NCBI GenBank assembly: GCA_016209345.1
Contig: JACQWH010000011.1
Location: forward strand, 1 to 36,110
DNA length: 36,110 bases
DNA from: Candidatus Uhrbacteria bacterium
GTDB lineage: Bacteria; Patescibacteriota; Patescibacteriia; JACQRZ01
Direction of reading: 5' to 3'
Shown piece by piece: positions 1-10,585 of the stretch (positions are counted from its first letter, which is position 1; each line of letters starts with the position of its first letter). The notes below the pieces were generated by a model, which had not been told where the DNA came from, searched no databases, and worked only from the letters and a program-made list of their open reading frames with translations. The translations under genes were made by a program, and so were the position numbers.

Positions 1-80
1 CACGGCGCATTGTAGCGCTTCGTTTTTCAGATCAAAACTCAGTAAATCATGATTTCAAAGGTCGAACACTAAAACAAACC

Positions 81-126
81 AATGTGACATTTTAACTTCC
101 CTGGGAATGTGACATTTCTACTTCCC
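81..126. repeat. two 21-nt direct repeats, 25-nt period
   Basis: AATGTGACATTTTAACTTCCC (81-101) and AATGTGACATTTCTACTTCCC (106-126) match at 19/21. Confidence 0.85.
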
Positions 127-272
127 GTTGACACAAGTTCATCTCCGTGATGCCCGTAATGATTAGCGGGCCCCAGTGAGGCGCGCACCTCGAGCCATGA
201 TCGCCCCACTGGTGCTTCATGCACGCCAGGAGACGTGATATTTCCTTCATCCATATACGTTTGTATCAATAT

Positions 273-833
273 TTAATGATGTAAGTATAGCAGGTCTGAG
301 CATATTAAGTCAAGACGTTCAAGGAACTCGTCTGTCGTACCATTGTTTTCTATTACATGGTCCGCTCGCGTTTTTAATCCCTCGATAGTGCGGTTGCTGT
401 CATCGCTGTCTTTTTCGGCGAACTGTTCAAAGCTCATTTCCGCATCGCCGGGTTTTCGTGCCGCATCGCGATTACGCTCATACCTTGTATGAATATCACT
501 CTCGATATAGAGAAATACAAAACCGGGAATGGCTGAAAGCCCGTCGAGCTCCTGTCCGCGCCGAATCCCCGTCAGAACAACAACATCTTCCTTTCGCTGC
601 TCAAGCTCGCGCAAAACGGCGTTGTTGAATATTTTTTGCCCATACGTCGCGCGAAGAAAAATAGACAGTGCGTTGATGTTTTTGCGTTCATGCGGCACGT
701 CAAAAATATCCAATATCTGATAGAGAAACTGAGAATAATCAATAGAGCCGGCGTGATACCGACTGATGATATGTTCGGCGGCGATTCCCTTGCCGCCCGC
801 GATTTTTCCCGCTATGCCGATAATTGTTTTCAT
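273..833 (-). CDS. P-loop nucleotide/nucleoside kinase-like protein (dephospho-CoA kinase / dNMP kinase-like fold), paralog A
   Basis: 186-aa ORF with an N-terminal Walker A loop (GIAGKIAGGKG). It aligns along its full length with the neighbouring ORF 975-1541 (shared LDI[FY]D[IV]P, ATYG/RTYG, G[IL]RR, ENNG/DNNG). The exact substrate is not inferable. Confidence 0.6.
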   Translation of the reverse strand: MKTIIGIAGKIAGGKGIAAEHIISRYHAGSIDYSQFLYQILDIFDVPHERKNINALSIFLRATYGQKIFNNAVLRELEQRKEDVVVLTGIRRGQELDGLSAIPGFVFLYIESDIHTRYERNRDAARKPGDAEMSFEQFAEKDSDDSNRTIEGLKTRADHVIENNGTTDEFLERLDLICSDLLYLHH

Positions 834-929
834 TCGTTCTCTTCCAAATAATATGAAAGTGGTGAAAAATGTTTTTTAACCGATCTATTGAGCGTTTCTA
901 TACAATGAAGTACTTAACAGATAACGCTT

Positions 930-957
930 CTGGATCCCGCAACCATGTGCGGGATGA
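930..957 (-). repeat. hairpin repeat copy R1
   Basis: CTGGATCCCGC-AACCATGT-GCGGGATGA, with stem ATCCCGC/GCGGGAT, in the spacer between the two kinase paralogs. Confidence 0.8.
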
Positions 958-984
958 TTCTGTAGAACAAAATTCTACAGAATC
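956..984. repeat. perfect 12-bp-stem palindrome GATTCTGTAGAA-CAAAA-TTCTACAGAATC
   Basis: Direct reading. It overlaps the stop codon (975-977) of kinase paralog B and abuts R1. No U tract follows on the minus strand, so a terminator role is uncertain. Confidence 0.85.
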
Positions 985-1541
985 AATTTTTCAATAAACG
1001 TATCGACGTTTTTTTCAAGCTGCCGCTTGAGTTGTTCGGGAGATCCGTTATTGTCAAGCACAATGTCGGCGTACTCTTTCAATGCTTCTATTTGCTGTTG
1101 CGGCTCTTCGGAGTCCTTTGCGATAAACTCATCAAGCGTCATCGTGTCGTCGCCGACATTCTCGTTGCGGCCGACCGAGCGGGTGTGGCGTGTGCGCTGC
1201 TGTGCATCGACATAGATAAACAGAGAGTGCTCAAATGACCGAATAACTTCGATATCAACAAGGCGGCGCAGGCCGTCAAATATGACAACTTCCGCGCTTG
1301 AATGCGACAGGTATCGCTTGACTGCTTTTGCGATGATATCCTCGCCGTATGTCCGACGCACGAATGTCGAGAGCGCGTCGAGGTGCTCGCGGGTCTGAGG
1401 AATATCATAGATATCGAGCGTTTGACGCAGCGGATCCGATGAACGCGTTTTGTCGGCGCCATAGATCGCCACCAAGTGTTTGGCAACCGTCCCCTTGCCG
1501 GATGCAAGTCGGCCGGTAAGTCCGATAACAATTTTTTTCAT
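975..1541 (-). CDS. P-loop nucleotide/nucleoside kinase-like protein, paralog B
   Basis: 188-aa ORF with Walker A GLTGRLASGKGT. It is colinear with paralog A at roughly one third identity by eye. Its stop codon lies inside a perfect 12-bp-stem hairpin. Confidence 0.6.
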   Translation of the reverse strand: MKKIVIGLTGRLASGKGTVAKHLVAIYGADKTRSSDPLRQTLDIYDIPQTREHLDALSTFVRRTYGEDIIAKAVKRYLSHSSAEVVIFDGLRRLVDIEVIRSFEHSLFIYVDAQQRTRHTRSVGRNENVGDDTMTLDEFIAKDSEEPQQQIEALKEYADIVLDNNGSPEQLKRQLEKNVDTFIEKLIL

Positions 1542-1547
1542 ACGCTG

Positions 1548-2228
1548 TTATTTTGCCGTGCTCTCGCCTTCTTTCTTATCCTTGTCTTCAGCGGCCGGAA
1601 CCTCTGCCGGCGCTACCGCCGCACCTTCCTTTTCAAGCTTGGCCAGCTCCGCCTCGCTTACCGGCGGTGTTGCGATGACAATGGTATCCGTGGGGTCGTG
1701 ATGGAGAATCTCAATTCCGGGAGGAATTGCAATATCATGCATGGTAATAGAGTCCTCGAGATTTTCCAGTGCCGAAAGGTCGACAGTGATATGCGCCACC
1801 AAATCCTGCGGAAAGCAACGGATATCAACCTCGGAAATATTTTTTACCAGGATTGCCCCCTGCTCCTTAACCGCCTTTGACTCTCCGACAAATTCAAAAT
1901 GGACGGCGGTCGTGAGTTTTTCAGTCATGGTGACGCGAAAAAAATCAACATGCGAAATGCGGCTGGTCGTCGGGGAAAACTGCACGTCATGAATGAGTGT
2001 TTTTACGGGCAACCCCTGGCCGACGCTCAGGTCTATCAAACTGCTCTCCCCCGCCTCGCGATATACCCGCTCAAACTCATTATATGCCAGTGAAATGTTT
2101 TCATTTTCGCCGCCTCCGCCATAGACAACGCCCGGAACACGACCGGCATTGCGTACGCTTTCTGTCTGTTTACCCGTTTCGCTGCGCACAAGCGCCGCAA
2201 GCGCCAAAGATTGTTTCGTCATATACAC
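1548..2228 (-). CDS. rplY: 50S ribosomal protein L25, long Ctc form
   Basis: 226-aa ORF. The N-terminus (R..TGK...R..G.VPGVVYG) and the two-domain length are typical of L25/Ctc. It has an acidic/Ala/Lys-rich C-terminal tail. Confidence 0.8.
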   Translation of the reverse strand: MYMTKQSLALAALVRSETGKQTESVRNAGRVPGVVYGGGGENENISLAYNEFERVYREAGESSLIDLSVGQGLPVKTLIHDVQFSPTTSRISHVDFFRVTMTEKLTTAVHFEFVGESKAVKEQGAILVKNISEVDIRCFPQDLVAHITVDLSALENLEDSITMHDIAIPPGIEILHHDPTDTIVIATPPVSEAELAKLEKEGAAVAPAEVPAAEDKDKKEGESTAK

Positions 2229-2275
2229 ATGTATTCAAAATAATGCTGGCAGTATAGGAAAAAAACGCGATGGTG

Positions 2276-3388
2276 TCAACCCTGCGGGGTGTGCACCGTT
2301 CGGTGAATACTGATGCTTTGGAGTAAACCGAATGCCAGCAATGTGACGAAAAGCGAACTGCCGCCATAGCTAATCAGCGGCAATGCAATACCGGTAAGAG
2401 GGACAAGACCCAGATTTCCGCCGATATTGATGGCCACCTCCGAAAAAATCATACTCACGCCGCCAAGAATGATAAATGCGGAAAAATCATCCGTCGCGTT
2501 TTTAAGCAATGCGTATGCGCGGTAAAAAAAAATGCACCAGAACAGGAGCAAAAAAAAGACGCCAACAAAGCCAAGCTCCTCGGCGATGACGGAATAAACA
2601 AAATCGGTCTGTGTTTCGGGAAGAAATTTGAGCTGGCTTTGGGACCCCGCGCCGATACCGGTACCGAAGAGTTGTCCCGCGCCGATCGCAATACGCGCCT
2701 GGCGGACATTATAACCCGACCCTTGGATGTCAGCTGCCGGAAATATAAACGTCGCTATGCGTTCCTTTTGGTAATCCGCAAAGAAAAAAAGCCAGGCAGA
2801 TGAGAAAAGAACGACAAGAATCAGTCCAAGCGAAATAACATATCGTTTTGGGATGCCGCTCATACCTATTGCCACCGCCCAAATAATGAAAAGAATGACG
2901 GCAGATCCGAAATCCGGCTGGGCAAGAATGAGAAGAAATGGCACTGCCATACATGCGCCACTCACGAGAATATGGCGGAGGCGGCCCACCTGCCGCGTCC
3001 ATGATGAAAAATACCACGCGAGCATCATGATAAGGGCAATCTTCGCAATTTCGGCCGGCTGGACTCCAATACTGCCGAGGAAAAACCAGCCGCGCGTCCC
3101 ACGTATCTTTTCTCCGAACATCAGAACCCCCAGCAATAAAAGGACCGAGCAGATATAGAGTGGGATGCTCACATTGCGGTAAACGCGGTAATTAACCAGC
3201 GCGATGCCAAGCGCAGCGAGCAAGCCAATACCAAGGATTACTGATTGATGGATAAGATACTCGAATGTCTGCGGGTCTCTCCCAAGACCGATGCTATATA
3301 GTGCCGCAATGCTGAAAAAAGAAATGCCAACGACAGAACAGAGCAGGAGAATATCAAGCTGTTTTAGTTTCTGAATATACGCGAACAT
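2276..3388 (-). CDS. SEDS-family peptidoglycan glycosyltransferase (FtsW/RodA/SpoVE)
   Basis: Polytopic membrane ORF with SEDS motifs (QPSEFAK-like 'QPAEIAKI', 'PDFGSA', 'LPETQTDFVYSVIAEELGF', 'PLTGIALPLISYGGSS'). I moved the start from 3529 to the ATG at 3388 (MFAYIQK). That ATG has a GAGGA 7 nt upstream, and the longer ORF would read through a structured palindrome. Confidence 0.8.
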   Translation of the reverse strand: MFAYIQKLKQLDILLLCSVVGISFFSIAALYSIGLGRDPQTFEYLIHQSVILGIGLLAALGIALVNYRVYRNVSIPLYICSVLLLLGVLMFGEKIRGTRGWFFLGSIGVQPAEIAKIALIMMLAWYFSSWTRQVGRLRHILVSGACMAVPFLLILAQPDFGSAVILFIIWAVAIGMSGIPKRYVISLGLILVVLFSSAWLFFFADYQKERIATFIFPAADIQGSGYNVRQARIAIGAGQLFGTGIGAGSQSQLKFLPETQTDFVYSVIAEELGFVGVFFLLLFWCIFFYRAYALLKNATDDFSAFIILGGVSMIFSEVAINIGGNLGLVPLTGIALPLISYGGSSLFVTLLAFGLLQSISIHRTVHTPQG

Positions 3389-3404
3389 AAAGGAGTCCTC
3401 AATT

Positions 3405-3552
3405 AGCTTTGAATTACGAAACCCTTGTTTGGGTGTTTCTCCACAGGGGTATACGGAGGGCGACGGCCCGAGTCTAAGGGATTTTTCAGCAGAAAAATAC
3501 CCGACCCCGAGGAAGAAATACCCAGACAAAAGGGGGTTCGTAATTCAAAGCT
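3405..3552 (-). other. ~150-nt long imperfect palindrome / structured intergenic element
   Basis: The termini AGCTTTGAATTACGAAACCC (3405-3424) and GGGGTTCGTAATTCAAAGCT (3533-3552) are reverse complements at 19/20. Pairing continues inward (CCCTTGTTTGGGTGTTTCTCC vs GGAAGAAATACCCAGACAAAAGGG), and the centre holds small hairpins (TTTTTC-AGCA-GAAAAA). Confidence 0.7.
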
Positions 3553-4393
3553 ACAAAGCCGGCCGAAGCGATGATGGCTGCAATACATCAATATCCGGAA
3601 CTATTTCAAACGCTGAAGCGCTGACCGGATATTCCCAATTCGCTTCAAGTCGCTTTTTTTCATCTCTGTCTATTGAAAACACCGGCAGAAGCGCAACTGC
3701 AGACACTGTCGCGCCCTGTTTTAATACAACAGGCACGCGGAAATCCCAAAATTTGTAGACGCTATTGTTCTGCACCATAAAAGTAAGGCGCATCCCGCCC
3801 TGTATCCCTCCCGCTCCCTGACCGGGCGCAAGATTGATATCGCGTATTTCAAACTGATTCCTGTCGACAATCGCGGCAGTGTCAGCGCGAGAGAGGCGGC
3901 GCCACCCAAGATTTGCGATACGATACGATACCGTCGGCAGGCCTTGGGCCGCGATGCCTGTTTTCAATATGTATTTTTTTTCAAACGGGAACAAAAAAAC
4001 GTGTTGCGCCGACTGCTCAGCGCCATTGAGCGAATAGAAAAAATCAAAGTCCGCGCGCCATCCTTGATTGGGATTTTTCAGCTCCGCATACAAGTCATAC
4101 TGCCCCTGCCCATGAGGCACCGCGCCATAGGAAAGAATAGAGGGCTCGGGAATGCTAATAAGCGGCAATTCCGTCTCCGCGTTTGCGCGCAGCGGATCGA
4201 CGATTTTTTCCTCGCGAACAAATGCGTAATAGGCATAGCCGCCGAATTGAACAAGAACGAGAAGAATGACGATGCTTTCGATGGCAATAAAAAAAATCGC
4301 GGTATTCTTGCGAAATGTGCCAAGGTGTTGCAAAAGCCAATAGCTTTTTTTGAGAGTATCGGTTGTGATTGCTTCCGGACGGTCTGTGCGCAT
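3551..4393 (-). CDS. hypothetical membrane-anchored protein (one N-terminal TM helix, beta-rich ectodomain)
   Basis: 280-aa ORF with a hydrophobic segment AIFFIAIESIVILLVLVQFGGYAYYAF. No family recognised. Confidence 0.45.
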   Translation of the reverse strand: MRTDRPEAITTDTLKKSYWLLQHLGTFRKNTAIFFIAIESIVILLVLVQFGGYAYYAFVREEKIVDPLRANAETELPLISIPEPSILSYGAVPHGQGQYDLYAELKNPNQGWRADFDFFYSLNGAEQSAQHVFLFPFEKKYILKTGIAAQGLPTVSYRIANLGWRRLSRADTAAIVDRNQFEIRDINLAPGQGAGGIQGGMRLTFMVQNNSVYKFWDFRVPVVLKQGATVSAVALLPVFSIDRDEKKRLEANWEYPVSASAFEIVPDIDVLQPSSLRPAL

Positions 4394-4434
4394 ACGGGGG
4401 TTAATGCCAGTTTTGACAATTCAAAAATTATTTT

Positions 4435-4491
4435 TGTCATCCCGGCGCGTGAGGGCCTGTCCCCGACTGGATCGGGGACCGGGATCCAGTC
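4435..4491 (+). repeat. hairpin repeat copy R2 (expanded, nested hairpins)
   Basis: TGTCATCCCGG...GTCCCCGA-CTGG-ATCGGGGAC-CGGGATCCAGTC. The outer stem is ATCCCGG/CCGGGAT and the inner 8-bp stem is GTCCCCGA/TCGGGGAC. Confidence 0.8.
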
Positions 4492-4530
4492 TATAACTAT
4501 GGCGTTTCCTTATACGGATTTATTTTTAGT

Positions 4531-4558
4531 CTGGATTCCCGCCTCCGCGGGAATGACA
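4531..4558 (-). repeat. hairpin repeat copy R3
   Basis: CTGGATTCCCGC-CTCC-GCGGGAATGACA. Confidence 0.8.
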
Positions 4559-4722
4559 GCTTCGACGAAATGTGACCTCTTTGACAATTTCAGGATGTAC
4601 TCATTTCATTACCAAGTTAACCCATACTCGATAATTCAAAGTAAGTATATCAAACCTTCGCGAAATGGTATATGGTCTTGACATAAATAATGGGTTTGAT
4701 ATTCTGCGCAAATCCTTATATG

Positions 4723-4773
4723 GGATTCCCCGCCGCCAACGGCGGGGGAAAAGGGCCCACCCCCGGTGGGCCC
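4723..4773 (-). repeat. repeat-related pair of GC-rich hairpins (R4)
   Basis: GGATT-CCCCGCCG-CCAA-CGGCGGGG (4728-4747, 8-bp stem), then GGGCCCACC-CCC-GGTGGGCCC (4753-4773, 9-bp stem). The head resembles R3, but the GTCAT end is missing. Confidence 0.6.
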
Positions 4774-4903
4774 ACGCAACCAGGAGAGCAGGAAGGAGCA
4801 GCTCCCTTCTCCTCCCGTGCCAATGGTTGCATTCTGGACGGTCACTACCAGAAGGTTATTCCCTCTGGCATACCGTCCTCTTTTTTTTCGCGGAGTTTTC
4901 CCC

Positions 4904-8318
<3,415 letters not shown>

Positions 8319-8388
8319 TTTCTATGAAAAATCTCAAGGTACGACTCAGCCCTGCCGTTATAGCCCTTTTGCTGATAAATCGTCCCTC

Positions 8389-8416
8389 TTGACAGAAGTT
8401 GCGTATGCGCTACACT
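8389..8416 (+). promoter_or_regulatory. candidate sigma70-type promoter for secE-nusG-rplKA
   Basis: TTGACA (8389-8394), 16-nt spacer, TACACT (8411-8416), about 55 nt upstream of the secE ATG. Confidence 0.35.
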
Positions 8417-8471
8417 GATGATAATAAAGGCCGTGGGGTCTTTTTTAATTACGGAAAACAACAATTTTACT

Positions 8472-8678
8472 ATGAGTGCGCTTACCACAGCCATACAGGC
8501 GACAACACGATATTTTCGTGATTCATACAATGAAATGCGCAGCGTCGTTTGGCCTTCACGAAAGCAAACCGTGCTTCATACAATCATGGTCATTGTCTTC
8601 AGTATTATCATTGCCGTATTCTTGGGTTCTCTCGATCTGCTCTTTTCGTTCATTCTTGAAAAAACGCTTGTTAAATAG
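8472..8678 (+). CDS. secE: preprotein translocase subunit SecE
   Basis: Small protein (MSALTTAIQATTRYFRDSYNEMRSVVWPSRKQT + one TM helix) immediately upstream of nusG. The motif E..KV.WP and the position are classic. Start moved to ATG 8472. Confidence 0.75.
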   Translation: MSALTTAIQATTRYFRDSYNEMRSVVWPSRKQTVLHTIMVIVFSIIIAVFLGSLDLLFSFILEKTLVK

Positions 8679-8679
8679 T

Positions 8680-9225
8680 ATGCCAAAGCAAGTAGAGGAA
8701 CAAGGATGCCACTGGTACGCCATTCATACGAATTCAGGGTATGAAGAGGCGGTTGTCCGCAATCTCAAGCAGCGCGTGGAGTCCATGGACATGGAGGAGA
8801 AAATTTTTAATGTCCTCATTCCGACGGAAACGAAAATAAAGATAAAGAATGGCAAGCGCAAAACAGTCAAGGAAAAAATATTTCCCGGCTACGTGCTTGT
8901 ACAGATGCTTGTCACCGACGACTCGTGGTATGTCGTGAGAAATACGCCTCATGTCACCGGCTTTATCGGAAGCGGTACCACCCCCTCGCCGGTGTCAGAC
9001 CAGGAAATAGAATACCTCATGAAGCGCATGGGTGTTGAAGAGCCAAAATACGAGTTTGACCTGCCGACAAATACGCCCGTGCTCATTATTGACGGGCCGT
9101 TTAAAAATTTTGAGGGAAAGGTGCTGGAAGTGGATGCTGATAGGGGGAAGGTAAAAGTGCTCGTCACGATGTTTGGTCGCGAGACGCCTGTTGAACTCGA
9201 CTTTTTACAAATTAAAAAAACCTAA
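8680..9225 (+). CDS. nusG: transcription termination/antitermination factor NusG
   Basis: WYAIHTNSGYEEAV..., an NGN domain, then KOW (ID GPFKNFEGKVLEVD...KVKVLV.MFGRETPVEL). The start at ATG 8680 is 1 nt after the secE stop. The longer ORF from 8476 overlaps secE out of frame. Confidence 0.9.
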   Translation: MPKQVEEQGCHWYAIHTNSGYEEAVVRNLKQRVESMDMEEKIFNVLIPTETKIKIKNGKRKTVKEKIFPGYVLVQMLVTDDSWYVVRNTPHVTGFIGSGTTPSPVSDQEIEYLMKRMGVEEPKYEFDLPTNTPVLIIDGPFKNFEGKVLEVDADRGKVKVLVTMFGRETPVELDFLQIKKT

Positions 9226-9237
9226 AACACCTATTCT

Positions 9238-9666
9238 ATGGCCGCAAAAAAAATCAAGGCGCTTGTAAAACTCCAGATTCCGGCAGGAAAGGCAAATCCC
9301 GCACCTCCGGTCGGTCCGGCACTTGGCCAGCACGGTTTGAATATCGCCGAATTCTGTCAAAAATTCAATGCTGCAACCGCGGGTAAGGGCGATGATATTA
9401 CGCCTGTTGAGATTACTGTTTATGAAGACCGCACCTATACGTTCATTCTTAAAACGCCTCCTGCCTCAGAGCTTATCAAAAAAGCGGCAGGCATTCCAAA
9501 GGGCTCACCCAAAGCATTGACGCAAAAGGTGGCAAAGATAACGAAAGATCAGCTCAAGGAGATTGCCGAGAAAAAGATGCCCGACTTGAATGCGAATGAT
9601 ATTGATGCCGCGATGAAAATAATCGCTGGAACTGCCCGACAAATGGGCGTTGAAATCGCAAAGTGA
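9238..9666 (+). CDS. rplK: 50S ribosomal protein L11
   Basis: [30 protein letters not shown] is the canonical L11 N-terminal domain. 142 aa. Confidence 0.95.
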   Translation: MAAKKIKALVKLQIPAGKANPAPPVGPALGQHGLNIAEFCQKFNAATAGKGDDITPVEITVYEDRTYTFILKTPPASELIKKAAGIPKGSPKALTQKVAKITKDQLKEIAEKKMPDLNANDIDAAMKIIAGTARQMGVEIAK

Positions 9667-9802
9667 TTTAATCATAAGGTGGGACCTTAAGGCAATGAAA
9701 AATTTGAAATTATAGATGAGCGTATCCCCTTTTTTCCGACTATCATTTATAATCTATCATTTCTAATTACTGCGGGGGTTTGTACCACCAAAGGAGAACG
9801 GT

Positions 9803-10489
9803 ATGAGAAAAAAATCTCCCTTATTCAGCGAGAAGATAAAGGATCTTGATTTGAAGCGAACGGTATTTCAGCCGCGAGAGGCGCTTGATCTTGCGCAAAA
9901 GTTGTCGTACGAGAATTTTGATGCATCCCTTGAGGTGCATGTGCGCACCGGCATTGATCCCAAAAAAGGCGATCAGATTATTCGAGCAAGCGCCACACTG
10001 CCCCATGGCACAGGAAAAACAAAACGTGTTGCGGTCTTTGCGGACGGCGAAAAGGCATTGGAGGCAAAAGAGGCGGGCGCTGACCTTGTCGGCGGAACAG
10101 AGCTCATTGCGGAGATTAAACAATCGGGAAGGGCGGATTTTGACATCGCCATTGCTACGCCCGATATGATGAGAAATCTTGCTGGCGTAGCTAAGGTTCT
10201 TGGCCCGCGGGGACTCATGCCATCGCCGAAAAACGACACCGTCACGCTCAACATAAAGGCAGCCCTGGATGCTGTGAAGGGTGGAAAAATAAACTTCAAA
10301 AATGACGATTCGGGCATTGTTCACCAGGTCATCGGCCGGCGATCATTTACCCTTGATAATCTCTATGAAAATTATGCCGCATTTATCGAGTCGGTACGAA
10401 AAGCGCGTCCTGCGCCGGTAAAGGGTACCTATATCAAGGCAGTCACCATTGCCACAACCATGGGCCCGGGCATCCGCATCGCGGTGTAG
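9803..10489 (+). CDS. rplA: 50S ribosomal protein L1
   Basis: 228 aa with FDASLEVHVRTGIDPKKGDQIIRASATLPHGTGK and ATPDMM..L...AKVLGPRGLMP. AAAGGAGAA RBS 7 nt upstream. Confidence 0.95.
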   Translation: MRKKSPLFSEKIKDLDLKRTVFQPREALDLAQKLSYENFDASLEVHVRTGIDPKKGDQIIRASATLPHGTGKTKRVAVFADGEKALEAKEAGADLVGGTELIAEIKQSGRADFDIAIATPDMMRNLAGVAKVLGPRGLMPSPKNDTVTLNIKAALDAVKGGKINFKNDDSGIVHQVIGRRSFTLDNLYENYAAFIESVRKARPAPVKGTYIKAVTIATTMGPGIRIAV

Positions 10490-10496
10490 CGGCAAA

Positions 10497-10577
10497 GAAA
10501 TCGGATCTCCCCTCATCTCAAGTAAAATAGTCGTGTTATAATAACAACGTCATCTTATTTTCAGGAGATCCGATTTC
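10497..10577 (+). promoter_or_regulatory. perfect 14-bp inverted repeat enclosing an extended -10 promoter-like element
   Basis: GAAATCGGATCTCC (10497-10510) and GGAGATCCGATTTC (10564-10577) are exact reverse complements. The 53-nt loop contains TGtTATAAT (10534-10542). Confidence 0.4.
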
Positions 10578-10585
10578 ATCCATCT

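Noticed and set aside
69-269. 66-aa ORF on the minus strand immediately downstream of the first kinase gene.
   Set aside because: It has no recognisable motif and no RBS. It runs through GC hairpins and direct repeats that look more like RNA or regulatory structure. I cannot exclude a real small protein.
956-984. The perfect 12-bp palindrome, considered as a rho-independent terminator of kinase paralog B.
   Set aside because: No U tract follows on the transcribed (minus) strand, and the stem includes the stop codon. I kept it as a repeat or structure only.
3389-3529. N-terminal 47-aa extension of the FtsW/RodA ORF.
   Set aside because: The extension reads through the long palindromic element and has no SEDS similarity. 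The internal ATG at 3388 has a GAGGA RBS.
3944-4681. 245-aa plus-strand ORF.
   Set aside because: It is antisense to the better-supported membrane-protein gene 3551-4393. It then reads through repeat copies, producing repeat-derived peptides such as WIPASAGMT. This is typical of spurious ORFs.
8319-8471. Expected tRNA (often tRNA-Trp) upstream of secE, and tRNAs in the other spacers (834-974, 16944-17093, 19965-20135).
   Set aside because: I could not find a cloverleaf or a T-loop GTTCRANYC box by eye in any spacer. A tRNAscan/Aragorn run is needed to be sure.
8476-8679. N-terminal extension of the nusG ORF (249-aa version).
   Set aside because: It overlaps secE in another frame. NusG similarity begins at MPKQVEE (ATG 8680), 1 nt after the secE stop.
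9667-9802. Possible L1-binding autoregulatory leader or ncRNA in the long rplK-rplA spacer (GGGACCTTAAGGC).
   Set aside because: I cannot reconstruct the L1-binding helix/loop mimic from the sequence by eye. It is left as a remark only.
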